From contig NZ_CP059223.1 of NCBI RefSeq assembly GCF_014252415.1, positions 480,001 through 512,000 of the forward strand: DNA of 32,000 bases, read 5' to 3'. The notes beneath the pieces were generated by a model. The model saw nothing but the letters and a program-made list of their open reading frames with translations. It did no database searches and had not been told where the DNA came from. This document shows, piece after piece, positions 1 to 9,046 of the stretch (the first letter of the stretch is position 1; each line of letters opens with the position of its first letter). Source of the DNA: Candidatus Saccharimonadota bacterium (GTDB lineage Bacteria > Bacteroidota > Bacteroidia > Flavobacteriales > Blattabacteriaceae). Position numbers and translations under genes: made by a program.

Positions 1-528
1 TTTTCCTATTTTAATATCATCTATTAATTTTCCATAATTATCTATTATATAAATAATTTCTATTATATTACTATTTTTAATTTCTTTTCTTATGGAATCT
101 AATACTTTTTTTACCGTCCAATTTTTTTTTGCCTCTATATGATATGGTACCATTAATCTCCCCACACTATTTTCAGGATATCCTAAAGATATCAATGTTT
201 TTTTTTTTTCTTCAGGATTTAAATATTTAATTAGATATTTTAAAAAATCTTTGGGAAGATCTTCTAAAAAAGAAACACGATCATCTACTGATAGATTATT
301 TAAAAATTCTTTTCTTTTTATTGAATGAATTTTTTCTATAAAAATTTTTTTTATAGGAAAATCTAATACTCTAAATACAGATCTTGCTTTACAATCATTT
401 AATAAATTAAATATATTGACTATATCATCTGTATGATCATGTATTAATTTTACTAATAGACTAATAGTTAAACTATTCAAATAGTTTCTATTTAAAAAAT
501 TATTTTTATATTCATTTTCATTAAACAT
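1..528 (-). CDS. mgtE: Magnesium transporter MgtE, N-terminal part; the gene continues beyond the window start
   Basis: Not in the ORF track. Hand translation of the minus strand from ATG (complement of 526-528) gives 176 codons with no stop down to position 1. The product begins MFNENEYKNNFLNRNYL and continues through ARSVFRVLDFPIKKIFIEKI, SVDDRVSFLEDLPKDFLKYLIKYLNPEEKKKTLISLGYPENSVGRLMVPYHIEAKKNWTVKKVLDSIRK to IIYIIDNYGKLIDDIKIGK. The LxYPExSxGxLM block followed by a CBS-like segment is the MgtE N-domain/CBS architecture as I recall it. Confidence 0.8.
   Translation of the reverse strand, partial: MFNENEYKNNFLNRNYLNSLTISLLVKLIHDHTDDIVNIFNLLNDCKARSVFRVLDFPIKKIFIEKIHSIKRKEFLNNLSVDDRVSFLEDLPKDFLKYLIKYLNPEEKKKTLISLGYPENSVGRLMVPYHIEAKKNWTVKKVLDSIRKEIKNSNIIEIIYIIDNYGKLIDDIKIGK
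198..209 (-). repeat. A12 homopolymer (T12 on the plus strand) inside mgtE (encodes EKKKT context)
   Basis: Counted directly: atcaatgTTTTTTTTTTTTc. It is in frame in the hand translation. Confidence 0.95.
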
Positions 529-617
529 TTTTATATTTTTTTAATATTGTTTTATATTATAATACAAATAAATATTATACATATTTTATAAAAATATTGT
601 AACTAATTATTAGTAAA

Positions 618-3377
618 ATGGAATACAATTTTAAAGAAATTGAAAAAAAATGGAGAAAATATTGGAAAAAAAATAATACATTTCGTATAAAAGAGAATCA
701 AAATAAAAAATATTATATTTTAAATATGTTTCCTTATCCATCTGGATCTGGATTACATATAGGACATTGTTTAGGATATATATCATCAGATATTTATGCA
801 AGATATAAGCGATTAAAAGGATATAATGTTTTAAATCCAATGGGATTCGATTCATTTGGATTACCTACAGAACAATATGCCATACAAACTGGAAAAAATC
901 CATATGATATAACTTATGAAAATGAAAAAAAATATAAAGATCAAATAGATAACATAGGTATATCATTTGATTGGAGTAGAAAATTAAGTACTAGTAACCC
1001 AATGTATTATCGATGGACTCAATGGATGTTTATACAAATTTTTAATTCATGGTATGATTTAAAAGACGAAAAAGCTAAACCTATAAAAAACTTAATTAAT
1101 GAATTTGAAAAAAATGGAAACTACAAAATAAATGCATATACTTCATATAATATAAAATTCCATTCAGAAACATGGAAAAATTATAATTCTTTAAAAAAAG
1201 AAACTATTCTTCAATATTATAGATTAGCATTTTTACAAAAAAGTATAGTTAATTGGTGTAATGAATTGGGAACTGTGTTAGCTAATGATGAAATAAATAA
1301 TGGAAAAAGTATAAGAGGTGGACATCCTATATATAAAAAAAAAATGTTACAATGGCATATTAGAACAACTGCTTATTCAAATAGACTTATTAAAGGATTA
1401 AATTATATAAAATGTTCTAAATCTTTAAAAAAATCACAATTAAATTGGATTGGTAAATCTAAAGTAATTTCAATATTTTTTGATATATTAAATATAGGTA
1501 AAATAGAAACTATCATCTTATATCCTGAACTTATATTTGGGATAACATTTATCACATTATCAAAAAATCATTTTATTTCAAAAAAAATTTTTTACAAAAA
1601 AAATTTTCATATAGACAATAATTTAAAATTTATTGAAAATAGTGTATTTACAAATTATTATGCAATACATCCTATTACAAATGAAAAAATCCCTATTTTC
1701 ATTAGTGATTTTTTTTATATAAACAATAATAATAAAGTTTATTTAGGAATACCTGGACATGACAAAATAAGTAAAACATTTTCTTCAAAATTAAATATAA
1801 AAACAATTAATGTATTAAAATACCAAATTGAAAAAAAAAATGAAGTATGTATTAATTCTAATTTAATAAATGGATTAAATAGAAAAGAAGCAAAAATAAA
1901 AATAATAGATTTTTTATTAGAAAAAGGAATAGGAAAAATGAAAATAATTTATAAAATGTACGACGCTGTTTTTTCTAGACAAAGATATTGGGGAGAACCA
2001 ATACCTATATATTTTAAAAAAGGAATTCCTATTGCTATTCCTACTAATAAACTCCCTATCATTTTACCAAAAATAAAAAATTATCATCAAAAAAATAAAG
2101 ATAAAAAATCTGTGTTATATAGATCAAAAAAATGGGCTTGGGATGAAAAAAAAATGAAAATAGTATCAAATCATCTTATAGATGAGATATCTGTATTTCC
2201 CATAGAAATAAATACAATGCCTTGTTGGGCTGGATCTAGTTGGTATTTCTTACGTTATATGGATATTAATAATAATTATTTTTTTTTAAGTAAAGAAAAA
2301 GAAAATTATTGGAAAAACGTTGATTTATATATTGGAGGATCCGAACATAATACTGGACATTTAATTTATGCAAGATTTTGGAATAAATTTTTAAAAGATA
2401 GAGGATGGATTAAATCAGAAGAACCATTTAAAAAAATAATAAATCAAGGTATGATATTACATCATTCAGTTATTATATTAAAAGTAATTGGGAAAAAAAT
2501 ATTTATATCTTATGGTTTAAAAAATTATAAAAAATATAAATTTTTATTACAAGAAATATACGTAGATATTTCTTTAATTATAGAAAAAGAAAATAATAAA
2601 ATAGATCTAAATAAATTTAAAAAATTTTATCCACTATTTCATGATGCAACTTTTATTTTAGAAAAAGGAATTTTTTTCTGTAAAAGAAAATTAGAAAAGA
2701 TGTCTAAATCTAAATATAACGTAATAAAACCAGATGATATATCTGAGAAATACGGGGCAGATGTATTTAGAATATACGAAATGTTTTTAGGACCTATTAC
2801 ACAATCTAAAATTTGGGATGAAGAAAAAATAAATGGTATAAAAAATTTTATTAAAAAATTTTGGGGACTATATCATGAAAATGGAAAATTTAATGTAATT
2901 AAAAAAAATCCTACAATTAATGAATTAAAATTATTAAATAATCTTATAAAAAAAATAGATGAAAAAATAGAGTCATATTCTTTTAATACATGTATAAGTT
3001 TTTTTATGATTTTTGTTAAAAAATTGATTAAAATGAAATGTAATAAAATAAAAATATTAGAACCATTAGTAAAATTAATTTCTCCATTTGCTCCATATAT
3101 ATCTGAAGAAATATGGAGAAAATTTGGAAAAAAAAGATCTATCATGTACACTAGTATTCCTAATTTTGAATCAAAATTATTATTAAATAATAAAATTAAA
3201 TACATAATAATGTTTAATGGAAAATTAAAATTTATAGAAAATTTTGATTCAAAATTAACTATAGATAAAATAAAAAATAATATATTAAATCATCCTAAAA
3301 CAAAAAATATTTTAAAAGAAAAAAAATTAAAAAAATTAATTATAATACCAAAAAAAATAATAAATATTTTATATTGA
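618..3377 (+). CDS. leuS: Leucyl-tRNA synthetase (919 aa)
   Basis: ORF track. The N-terminus MEYNFKEIEKKW is typical of Bacteroidota LeuRS. HIGH motif (PSGSGLHIGH), SRQRYWGEPIP, and KMSKSKYN are present. TGA stop. Confidence 0.97.
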   Translation: MEYNFKEIEKKWRKYWKKNNTFRIKENQNKKYYILNMFPYPSGSGLHIGHCLGYISSDIYARYKRLKGYNVLNPMGFDSFGLPTEQYAIQTGKNPYDITYENEKKYKDQIDNIGISFDWSRKLSTSNPMYYRWTQWMFIQIFNSWYDLKDEKAKPIKNLINEFEKNGNYKINAYTSYNIKFHSETWKNYNSLKKETILQYYRLAFLQKSIVNWCNELGTVLANDEINNGKSIRGGHPIYKKKMLQWHIRTTAYSNRLIKGLNYIKCSKSLKKSQLNWIGKSKVISIFFDILNIGKIETIILYPELIFGITFITLSKNHFISKKIFYKKNFHIDNNLKFIENSVFTNYYAIHPITNEKIPIFISDFFYINNNNKVYLGIPGHDKISKTFSSKLNIKTINVLKYQIEKKNEVCINSNLINGLNRKEAKIKIIDFLLEKGIGKMKIIYKMYDAVFSRQRYWGEPIPIYFKKGIPIAIPTNKLPIILPKIKNYHQKNKDKKSVLYRSKKWAWDEKKMKIVSNHLIDEISVFPIEINTMPCWAGSSWYFLRYMDINNNYFFLSKEKENYWKNVDLYIGGSEHNTGHLIYARFWNKFLKDRGWIKSEEPFKKIINQGMILHHSVIILKVIGKKIFISYGLKNYKKYKFLLQEIYVDISLIIEKENNKIDLNKFKKFYPLFHDATFILEKGIFFCKRKLEKMSKSKYNVIKPDDISEKYGADVFRIYEMFLGPITQSKIWDEEKINGIKNFIKKFWGLYHENGKFNVIKKNPTINELKLLNNLIKKIDEKIESYSFNTCISFFMIFVKKLIKMKCNKIKILEPLVKLISPFAPYISEEIWRKFGKKRSIMYTSIPNFESKLLLNNKIKYIIMFNGKLKFIENFDSKLTIDKIKNNILNHPKTKNILKEKKLKKLIIIPKKIINILY

Positions 3378-3402
3378 CGATTTATTTTATTAAATACTTT
3401 TT

Positions 3403-4833
3403 ATGTCAAAAAACAACCAAAATAAAACTGGTTACAATTTTTTTAATTCTAATATAGAAAAAAATTTTAATAAAGCTGCACAGTTTATTTCCATTGATAA
3501 TGGTCTTTTGGATCAAATTAAAACATGTAATGCTGTTTATAAAATACATTTTCCTGTAAAAATAGAAAAAAAAATAAAAATAATAGAAGCATATAGAGTT
3601 CAACATTCTCATCATAAACTTCCATGTAAAGGAGGAATTAGGTATAGTAGTAAAGTTAATCAAAATGAGATCATGGAATTAGCAGCATTAATGACTTATA
3701 AATGCGCAATAATGGATGTTCCATTTGGAGGAGCTAAAGGTGGAATAAAAATAGATCCTCAATCTATGTCAAAAGATAATATAGAAAAGATAACAAGGCG
3801 TTATACCTATGAATTAATAAAAAAAAATTTTATTGGCCCAGGAATCGACGTACCTGCACCTGATTATGGAACAGGAGAAAAAGAAATGAGTTGGATTTTA
3901 GATACTTTTACTTCTTTACGTCCAGGAGATATCGATGCATTAGCCTGTGTAACAGGAAAACCTATATCCCAAGGAGGAGTCAGAGGAAGAAAAGAAGCTA
4001 CTGGATTAGGAGTTTTTTATGGGATTAAAGAATTATGTAGTCTTGAAGAAGAAATGTCTTCTATTGGTCTTGATGTTGGAATTGAAGGTAAGAAAATAAT
4101 AATACAAGGATTAGGAAATGTAGGTTATCATACTGCTAATTTTTTTTATAATTCTGATGCTACAATAATAGCTTTAGCGGAAAGAGAAGGAGCTATATAT
4201 AATAAAAATGGATTAAACGTTTATAACGTTATTTCACATTTAAAAGATACAGGTTCTATTTTAAATTTTCCAGGAGCAACAAATATTGAAAAAACAGAAA
4301 AAGCTTTAGAAATAGAATGTGATATATTAATTCCTGCTGCATTAGAAAATGTAATACATAAAAATAATGCTCACAAAATTAATGCAAAGATTATTGGAGA
4401 AGCTGCGAATGGACCTATTACATCTGAAGCAGATTCTATATTAGAAAAAAAGGGAATAATTGTTATTCCAGATATTTACTTAAATGCTGGAGGCGTAACT
4501 GTTTCATATTTTGAATGGTTAAAAAATTTAAGTCATGTTCGTTATGGAAGAGTGGAAAAAAAGTTTAGTGAAAATATGAATGGAGAATTATTACATATGG
4601 TAGAAACTGTATGTAAAAAAAAGATATCAAAAAATGAAAAAAAAATTATATTAAGAGGTGCCAACGAAATAGATCTAGTAAGAAGTGGTTTAGAAGATAC
4701 AATGATTAGTGGATTTCATAAAATCCGTGATTTAAAAAAATCTTTAAATATAGAAAATTTTCGTACAACATCTTTTTTATTAGCTATAAATAAAATTATT
4801 GATTCTTATGAAAAATTAGGAATTTTTCCATGA
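3403..4833 (+). CDS. gdh: Glutamate dehydrogenase, Glu/Leu/Phe/Val dehydrogenase family (476 aa), animal-GLUD-like subtype
   Basis: CKGGIRYS and the VPFGGAKGG catalytic-lysine block are present, along with the Rossmann motif QGLGNVG and [16 protein letters not shown]. The protein has long collinear similarity to mammalian GLUD1 as recalled from memory. Confidence 0.95.
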   Translation: [476 protein letters not shown]

Positions 4834-4846
4834 AAATAGTACATAC

Positions 4847-5563
4847 ATGAAGTATAAAAGATTATTGTTGAAATTAAGTGGAGAATCTCTTATGGGAGAC
4901 AGTGAATTTGGCATTTATTCTAACCGTCTTACACAATATGCAGAAGAAGTTAAGGAAGTTGTAAATATGGGAGGGCAACTTGCTATAGTTATAGGAGGTG
5001 GAAATATATTTAGAGGATTTTCTAGAAGAATTAGAGAAAATACTATTAATCGTATAGAAGGTGATTATATGGGAATGTTAGCAACTGTTATTAATGGTAT
5101 AGCTTTCCAGTCTTATCTTGAAAAATTAGGTATATGTACACATATCCAAACAGCAATTAGAATGGATCAAATAGCAGAACCTTTTGGAAAAAAAAAAGCA
5201 ATTTATCACCTTGAAAAAGGTAGAGTTGTTATATTTGTAGCTGGTACTGGAAATCCTTATTTTACTACAGATACGGCAGCTGTTTTACGAGCTATAGAAA
5301 TTAAAGCTGATGTTTTATTAAAAGGAACTAGAGTAGATGGAATCTATACAACAGATCCTGAGAAAAATAAATATGCTAAAAAATTAAATAATATATCATT
5401 TGATATGGCATATCAAATGAAAATTAAGGTAATGGATCAAACAGCATTTATTTTAGGAAATGAAAATAATTTACCTATTATAATTTTTAATATTAATAAA
5501 AGAGGAAATCTTCAAAAATTAATTTCTGGAGAAAAGATTGGAACTTTAGTTTCAAAAAAATAA
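4847..5563 (+). CDS. pyrH: UMP kinase (238 aa)
   Basis: KRLLLKLSGE, IVIGGGNIFRG and GTGNPYFTTDTAA motifs. The canonical pyrH-frr adjacency is present. Confidence 0.95.
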   Translation: MKYKRLLLKLSGESLMGDSEFGIYSNRLTQYAEEVKEVVNMGGQLAIVIGGGNIFRGFSRRIRENTINRIEGDYMGMLATVINGIAFQSYLEKLGICTHIQTAIRMDQIAEPFGKKKAIYHLEKGRVVIFVAGTGNPYFTTDTAAVLRAIEIKADVLLKGTRVDGIYTTDPEKNKYAKKLNNISFDMAYQMKIKVMDQTAFILGNENNLPIIIFNINKRGNLQKLISGEKIGTLVSKK

Positions 5564-5569
5564 AAAATC

Positions 5570-6124
5570 ATGGAAAAATTAGATGAAATTTTATCTTTAT
5601 GTACAGAAGAAATGGAAAAAATTTTTAATATTTTAAAAAAAAATATTAGTCAAATCCGTTTAGGAATTAGATCATTAGCTTCTACTTTAGAAAAAATAAA
5701 AATAAAATATTATAATGAATTTGTTCCATTATTAGAAATTTCTAATATTCTAATTGTAGATAATAAAAATATTACTATTCAACCATGGGATAAAACCATA
5801 ATTTCATTAATTGATAAAACCATTATAGACGCAAATTTAGGATTAATGCCTACTAATAAAGGAGGAATAATTTATATTAAAATTCCTTCTATTACAGAAG
5901 AAGGTAGACTAGATCTAGTAAAAAAAATAAAAGTTTATACAGAACATTCAAAAATATTAATTAGAAATATTAGAAAAAAAAATAATCAACATATAAAAAA
6001 ATTAATAATATCTGATGATCTTTTAAAATTAGGAGAAAATAAAATACAAAATATTACAAATAAGTATATAAAAAAAATAGATATTTTTTCCAATAAAAAA
6101 AAAGAAGAAATACTAAGAATATAA
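5570..6124 (+). CDS. frr: Ribosome recycling factor (184 aa)
   Basis: Length and position directly after pyrH fit RRF. The segment GLMPTNKGGIIYIKIPSITEEGRLDLVKK is RRF-like. Confidence 0.92.
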   Translation: MEKLDEILSLCTEEMEKIFNILKKNISQIRLGIRSLASTLEKIKIKYYNEFVPLLEISNILIVDNKNITIQPWDKTIISLIDKTIIDANLGLMPTNKGGIIYIKIPSITEEGRLDLVKKIKVYTEHSKILIRNIRKKNNQHIKKLIISDDLLKLGENKIQNITNKYIKKIDIFSNKKKEEILRI

Positions 6125-6128
6125 AAAA

Positions 6129-7523
6129 ATGATCAATAAATACTCAATCAAAGAAATTTTAGATAAAGGAATTTTATTTGAAAATAAAAAATTGATAGTG
6201 GAAGGATGGGTACGATCTTTTAGACATTCTATGTTTATAATTATAAATGATGGATCTACAGTAAAAAATTTACAGATAATTTTATCTAGAAATTTGAAAA
6301 AAAAAATTACAGTTGGATCATCTATTAGAGTTATGGGGATTATAAAAAAAAGTTTTGGAAATGAACAAGATATTGAATTAAAACTTTATGAAATAAAATT
6401 TTATAGTTTAGTGGACAACAATATTATACAAAAATCTATTATACAACCAAAAACTCATAGTCTAGAAAAAACTAGAGAACAAATTCATTTAAGATTTCAA
6501 ACAACTATTTTTGGTTGTATAATGAGAATTCGTAATTCTATATCTTTTTTTATACACGAATATTTTAATAAAAGACATTTTTTATATTTACATACACCTA
6601 TTATTACTTATTCTGATTGTGAAGGTACGGGACAAATTTTTCAAGTAATTTCTACATCTAAAAAAGAAAAAGATGATAATAAGTATTTTTTTAATAGAAA
6701 ATCTTATTTAAGTGTATCTGGTCAATTAGAAGCAGAATGTGCTATTATGGGATTAGGTAAAATCTATACTTTTGGTCCTGTATTTAGAGCAGAAAATTCA
6801 AATACTAAAAGACATTTATCTGAATTTTGGATGGTAGAACCAGAAATTGCATTTTATCATTTAGAGGACAATATAAATTTAGCAGAAAATTTTTTAAAAT
6901 TAACCATTAGATATATTATTGATAATTGTATAGAAGACTTATCATTTTTAAACAAAAATGTAGAAAAATGGAATAAAAAAAAAAATTTTTCTATACTAAA
7001 AATATTAGAAATCATATTAAAATTTTCTTTTTATAGAGTTACTTATACGGAGGTTATAAAAATTTTAAAAAAAATAGAAAAAACAAAAAATGTAAATTTT
7101 ATTTATCCAGTTTATTGGGGGATGGATTTACAATCAGAACATGAACGATATTTAGTAGAAGAATATTTTAATGGAATTCCTGTTGTAGTATTTAATTATC
7201 CTTCTTCTATTAAACCTTTTTATATGCGAATGAATGATGATAAAAAGACTGTTAGAGCAATGGATATTTTATTTCCAAGAATCGGTGAAATTATTGGAGG
7301 ATCTCAAAGAGAGGAACGTTATGAAATATTAATAAATAGAATTGAAAAATTAAAACTAAATATAGATACACTCTGGTGGTATTTAGATTTAAGAAAATTT
7401 GGATCTGTACCTCATAGTGGATTTGGTTTAGGATTTGATAGATTCGTTCAGTTTATTACAGGAATGAATAATATTAGAGATGTTGTTCCATTTCCAAGAA
7501 CGCCTGGTTATACAAAATTATAA
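6129..7523 (+). CDS. asnS: Asparaginyl-tRNA synthetase (464 aa)
   Basis: Class IIb motifs are present: FRAENSNTKRHLSEFWMVEPE, GGSQREER and GFGLGFDR. There is an N-terminal OB-fold-like region. Confidence 0.95.
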   Translation: MINKYSIKEILDKGILFENKKLIVEGWVRSFRHSMFIIINDGSTVKNLQIILSRNLKKKITVGSSIRVMGIIKKSFGNEQDIELKLYEIKFYSLVDNNIIQKSIIQPKTHSLEKTREQIHLRFQTTIFGCIMRIRNSISFFIHEYFNKRHFLYLHTPIITYSDCEGTGQIFQVISTSKKEKDDNKYFFNRKSYLSVSGQLEAECAIMGLGKIYTFGPVFRAENSNTKRHLSEFWMVEPEIAFYHLEDNINLAENFLKLTIRYIIDNCIEDLSFLNKNVEKWNKKKNFSILKILEIILKFSFYRVTYTEVIKILKKIEKTKNVNFIYPVYWGMDLQSEHERYLVEEYFNGIPVVVFNYPSSIKPFYMRMNDDKKTVRAMDILFPRIGEIIGGSQREERYEILINRIEKLKLNIDTLWWYLDLRKFGSVPHSGFGLGFDRFVQFITGMNNIRDVVPFPRTPGYTKL

Positions 7524-7549
7524 ATAATATTTTTTCAATAATTTCAATA

Positions 7550-9046
7550 ATGTTAAAACAACAATTATATCAAAAAGGTCAACATAAATTATCACCTAAA
7601 CAAATTAAATTAATGAAGTTAGTTCAATTATCTATTTTAGATTTTGAACAAAAAGTTAGACAAGAACTAGATAATAATCCAGCTTTGGAAGAAGAGTCGT
7701 CTTCTTTTCGTGAAGATCCTTTTGAAGATAAAAATAATACAGAATCTTTAAATGAAAAAGATTCTAATCTTGATAATAACAATATAGAAAAAGAATCTGA
7801 AATATCAGATATAGATGAATATATGACTTACTTAAGTGATGATGAATTAGAAGAATTTAAATTAATAAATCATCAAAATTTTAAAAAAAATAATAATTAT
7901 ACTCCAATTATTGCATCAAAATATTCATTTCAAGAATATTTAAAAAATCAATTACATACATTTCGTTTGAATAGTAACGATTTATTAATTGCTGATTTTA
8001 TATTAGGTAATATAGATGATGATGGTTATTTAAGAAGAAAATCTGAATTACTATCTAATGATATTTTTATAGTTTTAGGAAAATCAGTTAGTACAGAAAA
8101 AATAGAACAATTAATTGTTAAATATATACAAAAATTAGATCCTATTGGAATAGGATCTAGAAATTTACAAGAGTGTTTATTAATACAATTAAACATGAAC
8201 AAAAATTTTTCTATTGAATATAACTCAATTGCAAAAGAAATTATAAAAAACAATTTTGAATCTTTTATAAAAAAACATTATAAAAAATTACAAAAAAAAT
8301 TGAGAATAGATAGTAGTAAACTCAAAAATGTATTTTATTTAATAAAAAAATTAAATCCAAAACCAGGAAAAATGTATTCTGAAAATAATAAAATATTAGA
8401 TTATATAATCCCAGATTTTACTATATCTATAGTAGATGAAAGGTTAGAATTAACATTACATCATAGAAATGCACCAGAATTAAGGGTATCTAATGTATAT
8501 TTAAATATGTTAAAAAAATATACAAATAATAACAAAAAAAATGACAAAAAAACTGTAATTTTTATTAAAAATAAAATAAATTCTGCAAAATGGTTTGTAG
8601 ATGCAGTTAAACAACGTCAAAACACACTAATGTTAACTATGAATGCTATAATGAATTATCAAAAAGAATATTTTATTACTGGTGACCCCATAAAAATAAA
8701 ACCAATGATATTAAAAAATATCTCTAAAAAAACCGGATTAGGTATTTCAACAGTTTCACGTGTTGCTAATAGTAAATACGTTAATACACCATATGGAACA
8801 TTTTTAATAAAAAATTTTTTTTCTGAAAAAATGAAAAACAAATACGGAAAATATATTTCTTCTATTGAAATTAAAAATTTTTTAGGAGAATTTATTTTTA
8901 ATGAAAATAAAAAAAATCCTTTAACTGATGAAAAATTATCAAAAATTCTAAAAAAAAATGGATACATTATTGCTAGAAGAACAATAGCAAAATATAGAAA
9001 TCAAATGAAAATACCTGTAGCAAGAATGAGAAAAACAATATTATAA
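7550..9046 (+). CDS. rpoN: RNA polymerase sigma-54 factor (498 aa)
   Basis: Region I is LKQQLYQKGQHKLSPKQIKLMKLVQLS. An acidic region II follows. The C-terminal RpoN box ARRTIAKYR lies at nt 8972-8998. Confidence 0.93.
   Translation: MLKQQLYQKGQHKLSPKQIKLMKLVQLSILDFEQKVRQELDNNPALEEESSSFREDPFEDKNNTESLNEKDSNLDNNNIEKESEISDIDEYMTYLSDDELEEFKLINHQNFKKNNNYTPIIASKYSFQEYLKNQLHTFRLNSNDLLIADFILGNIDDDGYLRRKSELLSNDIFIVLGKSVSTEKIEQLIVKYIQKLDPIGIGSRNLQECLLIQLNMNKNFSIEYNSIAKEIIKNNFESFIKKHYKKLQKKLRIDSSKLKNVFYLIKKLNPKPGKMYSENNKILDYIIPDFTISIVDERLELTLHHRNAPELRVSNVYLNMLKKYTNNNKKNDKKTVIFIKNKINSAKWFVDAVKQRQNTLMLTMNAIMNYQKEYFITGDPIKIKPMILKNISKKTGLGISTVSRVANSKYVNTPYGTFLIKNFFSEKMKNKYGKYISSIEIKNFLGEFIFNENKKNPLTDEKLSKILKKNGYIIARRTIAKYRNQMKIPVARMRKTIL

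Noticed and set aside
3403-4833. Horizontal transfer of the GLUD-like gdh from the insect host.
   Set aside because: This is not supportable from sequence alone. The codon and base composition look the same as the neighbouring genes. The gene sits in a tight bacterial gene run (leuS-gdh-pyrH), and I believe related GDHs occur in free-living Bacteroidota. I kept it only as a phylogeny check within the GDH finding.
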